Shown here: positions 9,194 through 18,254 of the stretch, piece by piece
Layout of the letters: the number at the start of each line of letters is the position of its first letter
How positions within the stretch are numbered: the first letter of the stretch is position 1
Source of the DNA: an uncultured Acidobacteriota bacterium
GTDB taxonomy: Bacteria > Acidobacteriota > Vicinamibacteria > Vicinamibacterales > 2-12-FULL-66-21
DNA: 64,000 bases
Assembly: GCA_963847975.1 (NCBI GenBank)
Contig: CAWKBU010000029.1
Coordinates: 229,064-293,063, forward strand
Direction: 5' to 3'
Program-made: the position numbers and the translations under genes
The notes under the pieces: generated by a model
The model's input: the letters and a program-made list of their open reading frames with translations, nothing else
Told to the model about the DNA's origin: nothing
Databases searched by the model: none

Positions 9194-9928
9194 ATGAGTG
9201 ACCGACCGATCGTCGCGTTCAGCGACGGAGCAAGCAAAGGCAATCCCGGACCCGGCGGCTGGGGCGTGGTCATCGTGACCGCGGACGGACTGGTGGCCGA
9301 ATTGGGCGGTCGCGCCGCGCACACCACGAACAATCGCATGGAGCTCACGGGCGCGATCGAGGCACTGAGCGAGGTCCGCAGCCTCGCCGGCCGCGTGGCG
9401 GTCTATACCGATTCCACCTACGTCATCAAGGGCATCAGCGAATGGATCTGGGCCTGGCGGCGGCGGGGATGGAAGACGGCAGAGGGCAACGAGGTCTTGA
9501 ACCGCGATCTCTGGGAGCAACTGGCGGGCCTGGTCGAAGCACGCGGGAAAGGCGGCATCGAGTGGCACTACGTCCGCGGGCACGTAGGCACCCCGGGCAA
9601 CGAACGGGTCGACGAGATTGCCGATACCCTGGCCCGGCACGGCGAGGTCGAGCTGTACCGCGGTCCGCTGCTGGCCTACGGCCGCGAGATCCTGGACCTG
9701 CCCGAAGACACGAGCGTCCCGAAGCGTTCGAGTACGGCGGCACGCGGCAAGTCCGCCCCGGCCTACTCGTACCTGAGCCTCGTCGACGGCCAACTGATGC
9801 GCCACTCCACGTGGGCTGACTGCGAGCGGCGCGTCAAGGGCCGATCGGGCGCACGGTTCAAGAAGGCCAAGGATGTCGCGGACGAGACCGCCATCATGCG
9901 GGAATGGCGGGTCGATCGGCTCCCCTGA
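9194..9928 (+). CDS. rnhA: Ribonuclease HI with a C-terminal hybrid-binding-domain-like extension
   Basis: RNase H core: IVAFSDGASKGNPGPGGWGVVI...TNNRMELTGAIEAL...VYTDSTYV...W..VRGHVGTPGNERVDEIA. C-terminus: YSYLSLVDGQLMRHSTWADCERRVKGRSGARFKKAKDVADE, which resembles the RNase H1/caulimovirus-VI HBD fold motif (Y.V..G...G.....W..C...V.G..GA.FKKF). ATG 9194 was chosen within ORF 9173..9928. Confidence 0.85.
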   Translation: MSDRPIVAFSDGASKGNPGPGGWGVVIVTADGLVAELGGRAAHTTNNRMELTGAIEALSEVRSLAGRVAVYTDSTYVIKGISEWIWAWRRRGWKTAEGNEVLNRDLWEQLAGLVEARGKGGIEWHYVRGHVGTPGNERVDEIADTLARHGEVELYRGPLLAYGREILDLPEDTSVPKRSSTAARGKSAPAYSYLSLVDGQLMRHSTWADCERRVKGRSGARFKKAKDVADETAIMREWRVDRLP

Positions 9929-9940
9929 GCCGCGGCGCCG

Positions 9941-12574
9941 TCACATCACGCGTTGTTGCAGGGCGACGATCGGCGCGACCCGCATGGCGCGGCGCGCCGG
10001 CACGTAGCAGGCCGCACAGGCCACGACCATCACCAGCAGCGAGACGGCGACGAACGTCATCGGATCGGTGGCGGTGATGCCGAAGAGCAGGCTCGAGCCG
10101 GCTCGCCCCAGCCACCAGGCCCCGATGAGCCCGAGGACCAGACCCGCCAGGCTCAGCACCAGCCCTTCGCGCATGACCATGCGAAAGATGTCGCCGGCGC
10201 GGGCGCCGAGCGCCATCCGAAGACCGATCTCGTGCGTGCGGGTCGCGACCGAGTATTGAATCAGCCCGTAGATGCCGATGGTCGAGAGCAGGAGCGCCAC
10301 GACGGAGAAGCCGGTCAGGAGCGAAGTCTGCAGACGGCGCTCCGCGAGCATCGCGCCCAGCCGCGCGTCGACGGTCCCCACGCCATACACGACCGCCCGC
10401 GGATCCGCTCGACCGACGGCGGCGCGCAGCGGCGCCGCCAGTTGCAGCGGGTCGGAGAGCGACGCGCGGACGAACAGGATGGCGCGGCGGGGCGGATTCT
10501 GCACCAGCGCCTCGAAGATCTGTGGGACCGGTTCGGTCTCCGGTCCCTGACGCCGCATGTTGCCGACGACGCCGACGACGGTGAGCCAGGCAGAGTCGGG
10601 GCCCGCCGGACCGTACGTGAACCGGCGGCCGATGGGATCGCGACCGGGCCAGATGCGGCTCGCCATGGCCTCGTTGACGATCGCGACGCGCTGACTGCGA
10701 GGACCATCCTCGGCCGAGAACAGACGGCCGCGCAGCAACGGCGTCCGGAGCGTGTTGAAGAATCCGGCACTGACCTCGTCGGTGCGGAACGGCAGGCGCT
10801 CGCCTCCAAGTCGGTCGGCGCCTTCGACGGTCAGCACGCGCTCGCCCACGTTGCCGACGAACAGCTCGCTGCTGACGCTGGCGCTCTCGACGCCGGCGAT
10901 CGACGTCACCTGTTCGAGCACGAGATCGTAGAACGTGGCCCGCTGCCCCACCTCGCCCGACCCCGGCGCCATAAGGGCCACCGAGAGGATCCGCTCGGTC
11001 TGGAAGCCCGGATCCACGTGCATCACGTTCCACCAGCTGCGGACGAGCAGCCCGGCGCCGACGAGGAGCATGATGGCGACGGCGCACTCGGCCACCACGA
11101 GCAGGCGGCGGAGGCGCGTGGCGACGCCGCCGGCGATGCCTCTGCCGCCTTCCGCTCCGGCGGCGCGCAGGTCGCGGCGCCACATCGTCATCGCCGGCGC
11201 GAGACCGACGAGTATCCCCGAGGACAAGGTTACAGCCAGCGCCCAGCCGAGGACGTTCACGTCGAGGCCGACCTCCTGCAGGCGAGCGAGGTCGCCGGGA
11301 CCGTAGGCGCGGATCACGCGGATGCCGGCAACGGCCAGCACCAGGCCGAGCGCCCCCGCGGCGGCGGCGACCGTCACGCTTTCGGCGAGCAGCTGGCGCG
11401 CGATGCGCGCGCGGCTCGCACCGAGCGCGGCGCGAATCGCCATCTCGGGAACCCGGCCGGCGCTGCGCGCGAGCGACAGGCCGGCGACGTTGGCGGTGGC
11501 GACGAGCAGCAGACACAACGCCGCGGCGGTGAGCATCCACAGCACCAGGCGCGGGCGGGATCCAGTCAGATACTGACTGAAGGTCGTCAGGCTGATGCCG
11601 CGGCCCTGCTCCGCTCGCGGCAGCTGGCTATCGAGGCGCCCGGCGATCGCGCTCATCTCGGCCTGCGCCTGACCGAACGTCGCGTGCGGCCGCAGCCGCG
11701 CCAGGACGAACCACTGGCCGGCGCCCAGCTGGGTGCGGCGCGTCTCCCAATCCAGAAAGAGCGTGTGTGGCTGAAAGACGTCAGCGCCGAAGCCCGTTTG
11801 CATGGAGGCTGGCATGATGCCGACAATCTCCGATCGCTCTCCGTCGAGCTCGAGCGCCGCGCCAATCGCCGCCGGAGACCCGCCGAAGCGGGCCTGCCAG
11901 AAGCGATGGCTGATCACGGCGAGGCGCTGACGGTCGTTGGCCTCCTGCAGCGAAAAGGTCCGGCCGAGCGCGGGCTGGACCCCGAGGAGCGGAAAGAAAT
12001 TCGGCGAGACCCGGTTGACGCTGATCTGTTCGCGCTCGCCGCCGCGAGTCAAGATCGAGGAGACCGGATCGAACACCGCGATATCGGAGAAGCTCTCGCT
12101 CTGCTTGCGCCACTCCTCGACGCTCCCATAGGCCGACCGCCCGGCGGTCAGTCCCCGGCTGGGAATCTCCGTCCACAGCATCGTCAGCCGATCCGGCGCC
12201 TCGAACGGGAGCGGCCGGAGGAGCACGGCGTTGAGCACGCTGAAGAGGGCCGTGCTCGCGCCGATCGCCAGCGCCAGCGTAGTGATGGAGGTCAGCGCGA
12301 AGCCTGGGCTCGTGCGCAGGCGCCGGAGCGCGTAGCGGAGGTCATGCACAGTCATGCGGACATGCTCCTTCGGGGCTTCACTCAAAATGCCGGCGATGAC
12401 TTCGAGCCAGAGCCGGCTTCGTTCGAACGCGCTGGCCGCATCACGGTAGCGATCCGAGAACACGAGCGCCATCTCGCGGCCGTACTCGTCCCGGAACGCC
12501 GCGGGATAGAGGCCGAGCAGCGCTCGAAACGCGCGCGCCCGGAAACTGTCGGTTCGTCGCGGCTGCTCAGGCAT
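9941..12574 (-). CDS. ADOP-family duplicated FtsX/MacB-type ABC permease (pair 1)
   Basis: Intact ORF. DLRYALRRLRTSPGFALTSITTLALAIGASTALFSVLNAVLLRPLPF; two FtsX modules; C-terminal ...YVPARRAMRVAPIVALQ. ATG 12574 lies 4 nt after the PadR stop. Confidence 0.9.
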   Translation of the reverse strand: MPEQPRRTDSFRARAFRALLGLYPAAFRDEYGREMALVFSDRYRDAASAFERSRLWLEVIAGILSEAPKEHVRMTVHDLRYALRRLRTSPGFALTSITTLALAIGASTALFSVLNAVLLRPLPFEAPDRLTMLWTEIPSRGLTAGRSAYGSVEEWRKQSESFSDIAVFDPVSSILTRGGEREQISVNRVSPNFFPLLGVQPALGRTFSLQEANDRQRLAVISHRFWQARFGGSPAAIGAALELDGERSEIVGIMPASMQTGFGADVFQPHTLFLDWETRRTQLGAGQWFVLARLRPHATFGQAQAEMSAIAGRLDSQLPRAEQGRGISLTTFSQYLTGSRPRLVLWMLTAAALCLLLVATANVAGLSLARSAGRVPEMAIRAALGASRARIARQLLAESVTVAAAAGALGLVLAVAGIRVIRAYGPGDLARLQEVGLDVNVLGWALAVTLSSGILVGLAPAMTMWRRDLRAAGAEGGRGIAGGVATRLRRLLVVAECAVAIMLLVGAGLLVRSWWNVMHVDPGFQTERILSVALMAPGSGEVGQRATFYDLVLEQVTSIAGVESASVSSELFVGNVGERVLTVEGADRLGGERLPFRTDEVSAGFFNTLRTPLLRGRLFSAEDGPRSQRVAIVNEAMASRIWPGRDPIGRRFTYGPAGPDSAWLTVVGVVGNMRRQGPETEPVPQIFEALVQNPPRRAILFVRASLSDPLQLAAPLRAAVGRADPRAVVYGVGTVDARLGAMLAERRLQTSLLTGFSVVALLLSTIGIYGLIQYSVATRTHEIGLRMALGARAGDIFRMVMREGLVLSLAGLVLGLIGAWWLGRAGSSLLFGITATDPMTFVAVSLLVMVVACAACYVPARRAMRVAPIVALQQRVM

Positions 12575-12578
12575 CGCG

Positions 12579-12950
12579 TCAGGCCCGGCGCGGCAGCAGA
12601 CCAGTCGCCCGCGCATCGCGCAGCAAGCGCTCCAGGCGCCGGGCTTCGGCGGCCGCCACCGCCCGACCGATTTTCGTCAGCCGATAGTAGCGGCGGCGCT
12701 CGTCGTCGTTGGCCGGGTCCGGCCGCTCGGCCAGTTCTTCGATCAGCCCCTGCTCGAGGAGCCGGCGGATGGCGGCATACAGGCTGCTTGGACTGAGCCG
12801 AAGCGCTCCGTCCGTCCGTTCGAGCACGTCCTGCATCACCGCGTAGCCGTGGCGATCGCGGTCGGCGAGCGAGACGAGGATGTGAAACGTATCGCGATGG
12901 AGCGGCAGGAACGATTCAGGATCGGCGGCGCGAGCGGAGCGTGGGGACAT
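12579..12950 (-). CDS. PadR-family transcriptional regulator (pair 1)
   Basis: HILVSLADRDRHGYAVMQDVLERTDGALRLSPSSLYAAIRRLLEQGLIEE...RRRYYRLTKIG is a PadR wHTH signature. Confidence 0.9.
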   Translation of the reverse strand: MSPRSARAADPESFLPLHRDTFHILVSLADRDRHGYAVMQDVLERTDGALRLSPSSLYAAIRRLLEQGLIEELAERPDPANDDERRRYYRLTKIGRAVAAAEARRLERLLRDARATGLLPRRA

Positions 12951-13060
12951 TGCCGCTACTATAGCAGAAACGGATATAGCCTTTCATGCAATAGCTGACA
13001 CCGGGGTCCGCGGCTGCGCCTACCGTGGGCGCGGATAGGCGGGGATTTACGGACATTCAC

Positions 13061-13241
13061 GGGACGCGGATCACGCGGATCGCTGCACTTCGACGGGACG
13101 CGGATCACGCGGATCGACAGACTTCAGCGGACGCGATCACTTTAAGCGATCGTGTTCCGCGTCCCGGAAGTTCCGTGATCCGCGTCATCCGCGTCCCGTT
13201 GAATCCGGGTTGTGATCCGCGTCCCGGAACCCGCGATCCGC
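13061..13241. repeat. Composite direct/inverted repeat cluster (REP/MITE-like) between padR-1 and the CN-hydrolase gene
   Basis: The identical 22-mer gggacgcggatcacgcggatcg occurs at 13061-13082 and 13095-13116, with a partial copy at 13128-13140. Inverted copies: gtgttccgcgtccc 13152-13165, gtgatccgcgtcatccgcgtccc 13175-13197, gtgatccgcgtccc 13212-13225. The symmetry centre is near 13141-13150, so a long imperfect hairpin is possible. Confidence 0.8.
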
Positions 13242-13298
13242 GCTCGACAGCCGGGTCCAGCGCGGCTATCGTTGGCGCATGCGCAAGTGTGGAACGAC

Positions 13299-14087
13299 TC
13301 AACACTCTTTGCAGCGCGATGCCAGAAGTCCCGTCGCCTCGGTGAGGTCGAGATCCGCGATGAAGAGACCTGCCTGCCCATAAGGCTGGTATCCGAGCAG
13401 GCTCCCGTCGGGCCGCGCCACTGCCGACGTCGTCGGCGATCCCTCGCCAGCGAAGTTCACGGTCGCGAAGTAGCAGGTGTTTTCCGCCGCGCGGCAGAGC
13501 ACGGCTTTCTCGTGAAACGTGTTCCCAGGCTCGGCGTACGACGATGGCCGATAGCTGCCCGGCTCGGCCTCGTGGAATTGCGGATGGAAGACGACGTGGG
13601 CTCCGCGTCGCGCGGCCCACCGCACGGTCTCCGGATACCGCCACCCCTCGTGACAGATGGCGACGCCGAAGGTCAGCGGACCGGCCGTGAAAACACGCCG
13701 CCCGGCGCCGGCAACATAGGTGGGCTCCTCGGACGGATCGATCTGCACTTTGTCCTGAAAGCCGGCCATCGTCCCGTCGCGATTGATGACGAGCGCGGTG
13801 ATCATCGGACGTCCCTCGACCACGCGCTCGGTGCCGAGCACGACCGCGACGTCCGCCTTCGCCGCGGCCGCCGCCACCGTGAGCCACGCGCGGTCGAGAA
13901 ACGCCTGATCCGGCGGCGGCACGGCTCTTCCGGGCGCGCGATAGCCGGGCACGAAACACTCGGGGAAACAGATGACGTCCGCGCGCTCGCGACCCGCCTG
14001 CGCGACGGCGTCCTCGGCCATTCGGACCGAGGCGTCCGGGGTCGCAGGGAACTGGAGATTGGCCAGGGCGATGCGGCAAGTGGTCAT
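13299..14087 (-). CDS. Carbon-nitrogen hydrolase (nitrilase superfamily)
   Basis: ADVICFPECFVPGY (catalytic Glu context) ... GVAICHEGWRYPE (catalytic Cys context). ATG 14087 is preferred over TTG 14105. Confidence 0.85.
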   Translation of the reverse strand: MTTCRIALANLQFPATPDASVRMAEDAVAQAGRERADVICFPECFVPGYRAPGRAVPPPDQAFLDRAWLTVAAAAAKADVAVVLGTERVVEGRPMITALVINRDGTMAGFQDKVQIDPSEEPTYVAGAGRRVFTAGPLTFGVAICHEGWRYPETVRWAARRGAHVVFHPQFHEAEPGSYRPSSYAEPGNTFHEKAVLCRAAENTCYFATVNFAGEGSPTTSAVARPDGSLLGYQPYGQAGLFIADLDLTEATGLLASRCKEC

Positions 14088-14110
14088 CGCATCATTGTGG
14101 TGCAACGGAC

Positions 14111-14126
14111 GCCGATTCGAATCGGC
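14111..14126 (-). terminator. Perfect 16-nt palindrome gccgattcgaatcggc directly after the kinase-1 stop (possible terminator hairpin or operator)
   Basis: Read directly: 6-bp stem and 4-nt loop, no U-tract. Confidence 0.3.
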
Positions 14127-16834
14127 TCAGTGCCTGATCGTCGACTGCCAATTCGCCATGACGCTCAGCTCGTGCCCACTGTTGCTGCCTGGCGCCGCAA
14201 CAAGAAACCGCTGTCCATCTTTGCGCACATTCCACTCCGGCTGGATGCCGGGCGCGCGAAAGAGCTCGACTGGGGTGCCGAAGGATGCGGCCTCAACCGG
14301 CACGGACATCACCGACCCGATGAGCGATTGAAAGAACAGTTCCCGGGTGTCTTTTCTCCAGCGTGGCGAGATGCCTCCTCCCCTCGAAACAGACCGGCTC
14401 GCGCCCGCAACCGGCACACCGCTGTGCGGATCCGTCGTCAGCGGACGGACGAACACTTCGTTGACGCCAGACGCTCTCGACACGTACGCGAGCCATCGGC
14501 CGTCTGGGGACACCCGCGCGCGGATTCTGGTTGAAATCCTCCACCACGAGTGGTCGTGCCTCGACGCCTGCGGTCAGAGGCAGGAGCCAGAGGTCGATGC
14601 CGGTCGCCTCACTACGGACGGTGAGCACGAGGAACCGTCCGTCCGGAGTCGGAGCCACCGCAAGTCCCCCCGGGTACCTCGGACTGCCGGTACCGCCCTG
14701 CAGGAATGTTTCGCCCGGGCGGCTGCCATCCGCAGGTCTGCGGGCGAGGCTGGCGTCCACCGTGCCCAGGGCAAAGTACACCTCTCGCCCGTCCGCCGAC
14801 CACGCGGGCGCATCCGCCTCGGGCTCGGTCGCAAACGGGATGCTGGTATTGCGAGCGACATCGATCAGCCACAACTCACGGCTGGAGCGTCCCAACCGGT
14901 TCCGACGCCACGTGACCACCTGCGTCTCATCTGGCGACAAACTCGCGCCCCCCAGCTCGGCGGGCTCGCCAACCAATCCCTTGACCGATCCGTCGCGGCC
15001 GAGCCACGTCAGCTGAAACTCGGCGGCGCTCTCGCGGTAGACGAGGATGTTGCTGGAAGCGGAGAAGAAGGCGCTGTCCCGAAACGTCCCGACGCCGCTC
15101 ACCAACCTCGTTGGCTGACCGGTCGGGACTCGTCGTTCGGCATCGAAGGGCATCGACCATCAGCGCGTTCTCTTGTACGAACAGCAAGTGCCCATTCCCG
15201 TCCGGCCCTGGCACATAGGCACCGCCAAACGGAGTCGTGACGAGTCGTTCGGTGCTTTGACGATCGGCGGGAGCTTCCAGATCTCCCAGATACAAACCGC
15301 TCTCCGAGGGATCGGTGCGCGACACACGCAAGTACACGAAGTGACGGTTGTCGGGCAGAAACGCCGGCAGCAGATGGTGCGCGTCTTTCAGCGACGGGTC
15401 GACGGCCGTGACGGGAGTGGCGGCACCTCCTCCAGCGGGGCAGCGCACGATGCCGCCGGACGTATTGCCGATCAGGATGACACCCGCGGCATTCCAGCTG
15501 CCACCGACGCCGACCCCGGGGACCTTACAGACCACGCGCGGCAGGCCGCCCAACCGGTCGATCCGCTTGAGATCGCCAGTGCTCTGGCTGTAGAAGGCGA
15601 TGACGCGACTGTCGGGTGACCAAATCATCGGCGGCATGAACTCGACCACCTCGCCTTCGGTCCCCGCCAACGACCTGGTCTCCCCGGTCTCGAAGTCTCG
15701 GATTCGCAAACGCAGAATCCCCTTGGCGTCGGCACCGACGAACACGAGATGCCGGCCATCGGGGGACACAGAAAAATTACCGGGGTCGGTAAAGGTCACT
15801 GGCGCCGGAATTTGGAATCGCAGCGGATCGACTGGCGTCACCGTGACGGCGCGGGACCGCGGGAGTGCGAGGAAGGTGGCCACTCCGCCGGCAAGCGCAG
15901 CGGCAGCGATCGCAGTCCAGACCATCCAGCGTGGGTACCCTCCCGGCTCGGCATTCTCTCCCAGTGGCGTCGCGGGCAGATCCGCGGTCAGGTCGGCGTC
16001 CCCGAGGTCGCGCAGCCGCCGCTGCGGATCCCGTTCGAGACAACGTTTCATCAAGCGGACGACCGCGGGCGGTGTGTCCGGCGGAAGCGCGCTCCAATCA
16101 ACGTCGCGTTCCAGGATGGCCGCGATCGTGTCCGAGATCGTGTCGCCGGAGAAAGCGCGGCGCCCGCTGAGCATTTCGTAGAGCGTGCAGCCAAACGCCC
16201 AGATGTCGGTTCGCTTGTCCACGGATTGGCCGCGCGCCTGCTCGGGGCTCATGTAGGGCGCCGTGCCGAGCACGATGCCCGCGCGCGTGCCCATCTCCAT
16301 CGTCGTGTGCCCCGCGCCGGCATCCTGGAGGTCGGGCGCCATCGTCTTGGCGAGGCCAAAGTCGAGTACCTTGGCCACGCCTTCCGGGGTGACCTTCACG
16401 TTCGCCGGTTTGAGGTCGCGGTGGATGATGCCCCGTTGATGCGCGGCATCGAGCGCGGCCGCGATCTGCCGGGCGATCGCCAGGGCGTCAGGAATAGGGA
16501 GCGCGCCGCGACTCAACCTGTCGGCGAGCGTCTCGCCCTCGACGAGCTCCAGCACGAGCCCAGACACGCGCAGCCCATCACTCGTCGCCGCGTCTTCGAA
16601 GCCGTAGATGGAGGCGATGTGTGGATGGTTCAACGAAGCCAGGACGCGCGCTTCGCGCTCGAAGCGTTCCATCCGATCGGGGTCGCCCGCCAGGTGCTGC
16701 GGCAGAATCTTGATGGCGACGTCGCGTCCGAGCTTCGTATCGCGAGCGCGGTAGACTTCGCCCATCCCGCCGACACCCAGCACGGAGTGCACCTGGTACA
16801 CACCGATTCGACTGCCTATCAACGTGGTCGGCAT
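14127..16834 (-). CDS. Ser/Thr protein kinase fused to a TolB-like (PD40) beta-propeller; frame changes near 15150 and 14515
   Basis: Kinase: [27 protein letters not shown]...[11 protein letters not shown]...DFGLAK...[10 protein letters not shown]: [20 protein letters not shown]. The propeller continues in ORFs 14293..15153 ([14 protein letters not shown]...[16 protein letters not shown]) and 14127..14513 ([11 protein letters not shown]...). ATG 16834. Confidence 0.8.
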
Positions 16835-17037
16835 CCGCCGCGATTCTAGTCGGGAACGCCAGGCGAGGCCAGTTGTCTTACGCCGGCCGTGCACGGTGTC
16901 GGCGTCCGCCACCATGCGCACTTGCGTCGCAGAGCGGAGAGAATCGACGGCCCGACGGCGTGCAACAATAGCCACAACGCCGTGGCCGATGAGCCGTCTC
17001 GCCCGCAATCTGCCGCCGTCCACGCCAGGAGGTCGCC

Positions 17038-18222
17038 GTGAAGAACCGCAACGCCGTGCTGGTGGTGCTCGCGCTCTCGAATGCCCTGCTTGGCGCGACG
17101 GCGCCCGTGCAGGACGGCACCGCCGCGCTCATCGCCCGCATCGAGGCGCCGCAGACGCCGAACCGTCAAGGTTGGGATCCGTACTCCCTGCAGCAATTGA
17201 TGGAGCGCTTCGGCGTGCCGGGGATGAGCCTCGCCATCATCAAGGGCGGTCAGATCGACATCGCGAAGGCATATGGACGCGCCGACGTAACCGCCGACTC
17301 GCCGGTCACGACGGAGACGACGTTTCAAGCCGCTTCCATCAGCAAGCCGGTGACGGCGTTCGCGGTCATGCGCCTCGTCGATGCCGGCAAGTTGTCGCTC
17401 GACGAAGACGTCAACCGCTATCTGAAATCGTGGAAGGTGCCGGAGAGCGAATTCACCCGCAGCCGTCCCGTGACGCTGCGGGCGCTCCTGAGCCACACCT
17501 CCGGCACGGGCGACGGCTTTGGATTTCCTGGATACCATCCGTCGGCCGAACGGCCGACGCTGGTGCAGATCCTGAATGGCGAGAAGCCTTCGAACGTCGG
17601 ACGCGTCTTCTGGGAACGCCCGCCGTTTACCGCCTTCAAGTATTCCGGCGGCGGCACGGTCATCGTGCAGCTACTGCTGACCGACACGCTCGGCAAACCG
17701 TTTCACGAGCTGATGCGGGAGCTCGTCCTCGAACCCATCGGGATGTCGAACAGCACATTCGAGCAGCCTCTCCCGCCGCCGCGCGACGCGAACGCGGCGC
17801 GCGCGCACGATGGCCGCGGCCGGGCGATGGATACGAAGTGGCACGTCTATCCCGAGCAGGCACCGGCGGGGTTATGGACGACGCCCACGGATCTCGCGAA
17901 GCTGGCGATCGAAGTGCAGAAGGCGCTGCGCGGCGACTCGAAAGTTCTGTCGCGCGCCGCGGCACAGGAAATGGTCACGCCGATCGGATCGGGTCCCTAC
18001 GCCGTCGGCTTCGGCATCGAGCGGCGGAGCGAGGGATGGTATTTCGGACATGGCGGCAGCAACTGGGGATTCCAGTGCAACCTGCTGGCGCACCGCCTGA
18101 AGGGGTACGGTTTCGTCATCATGACCAACAGCGACGGCGGCGGCCGATTGAACGCGGAAGTCGAAGGGCGCATCGCCGCCGCCTACAACTGGGATTCGCT
18201 CGACAAGCCGGTGCCCAGATAG
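17038..18222 (+). CDS. Secreted serine hydrolase / beta-lactamase-family protein (copy 1)
   Basis: Signal peptide MKNRNAVLVVLALSNALLG; SxxK motif FQAASISKPVTA; AGGAGG RBS before GTG 17038. Confidence 0.9.
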   Translation: MKNRNAVLVVLALSNALLGATAPVQDGTAALIARIEAPQTPNRQGWDPYSLQQLMERFGVPGMSLAIIKGGQIDIAKAYGRADVTADSPVTTETTFQAASISKPVTAFAVMRLVDAGKLSLDEDVNRYLKSWKVPESEFTRSRPVTLRALLSHTSGTGDGFGFPGYHPSAERPTLVQILNGEKPSNVGRVFWERPPFTAFKYSGGGTVIVQLLLTDTLGKPFHELMRELVLEPIGMSNSTFEQPLPPPRDANAARAHDGRGRAMDTKWHVYPEQAPAGLWTTPTDLAKLAIEVQKALRGDSKVLSRAAAQEMVTPIGSGPYAVGFGIERRSEGWYFGHGGSNWGFQCNLLAHRLKGYGFVIMTNSDGGGRLNAEVEGRIAAAYNWDSLDKPVPR

Positions 18223-18254
18223 CGTCAGGCCGGCGCTACCCAGCCGTCAGCCTG

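Noticed and set aside
9953-12796. 947-aa + strand ORF antisense to ADOP permease 1. Similar antisense or shadow ORFs: 29863..31608, 35478..37313, 50842..52890, 25071..26345, 55320..56729, 650..1861.
   Set aside because: Their translations are Arg/Gly/Asp/His-rich low-complexity sequence with no motifs. Each lies fully opposite a gene with clear family signatures. These are typical high-GC antisense open frames.
13061-13241. Possible CRISPR array (repeated 22-mers with short spacers)
   Set aside because: There are only two exact direct copies, with 12-nt spacers, followed by inverted copies of the same unit, and no cas genes. The architecture is a palindromic repeat cluster, not a CRISPR array.
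14100-14130. tRNA-like T-arm sequence (gattcgaatc) suggesting a tRNA gene
   Set aside because: It is just a 16-nt perfect palindrome. No acceptor stem, D-arm or anticodon arm can be drawn around it. I found no convincing tRNA or rRNA anywhere in the window.
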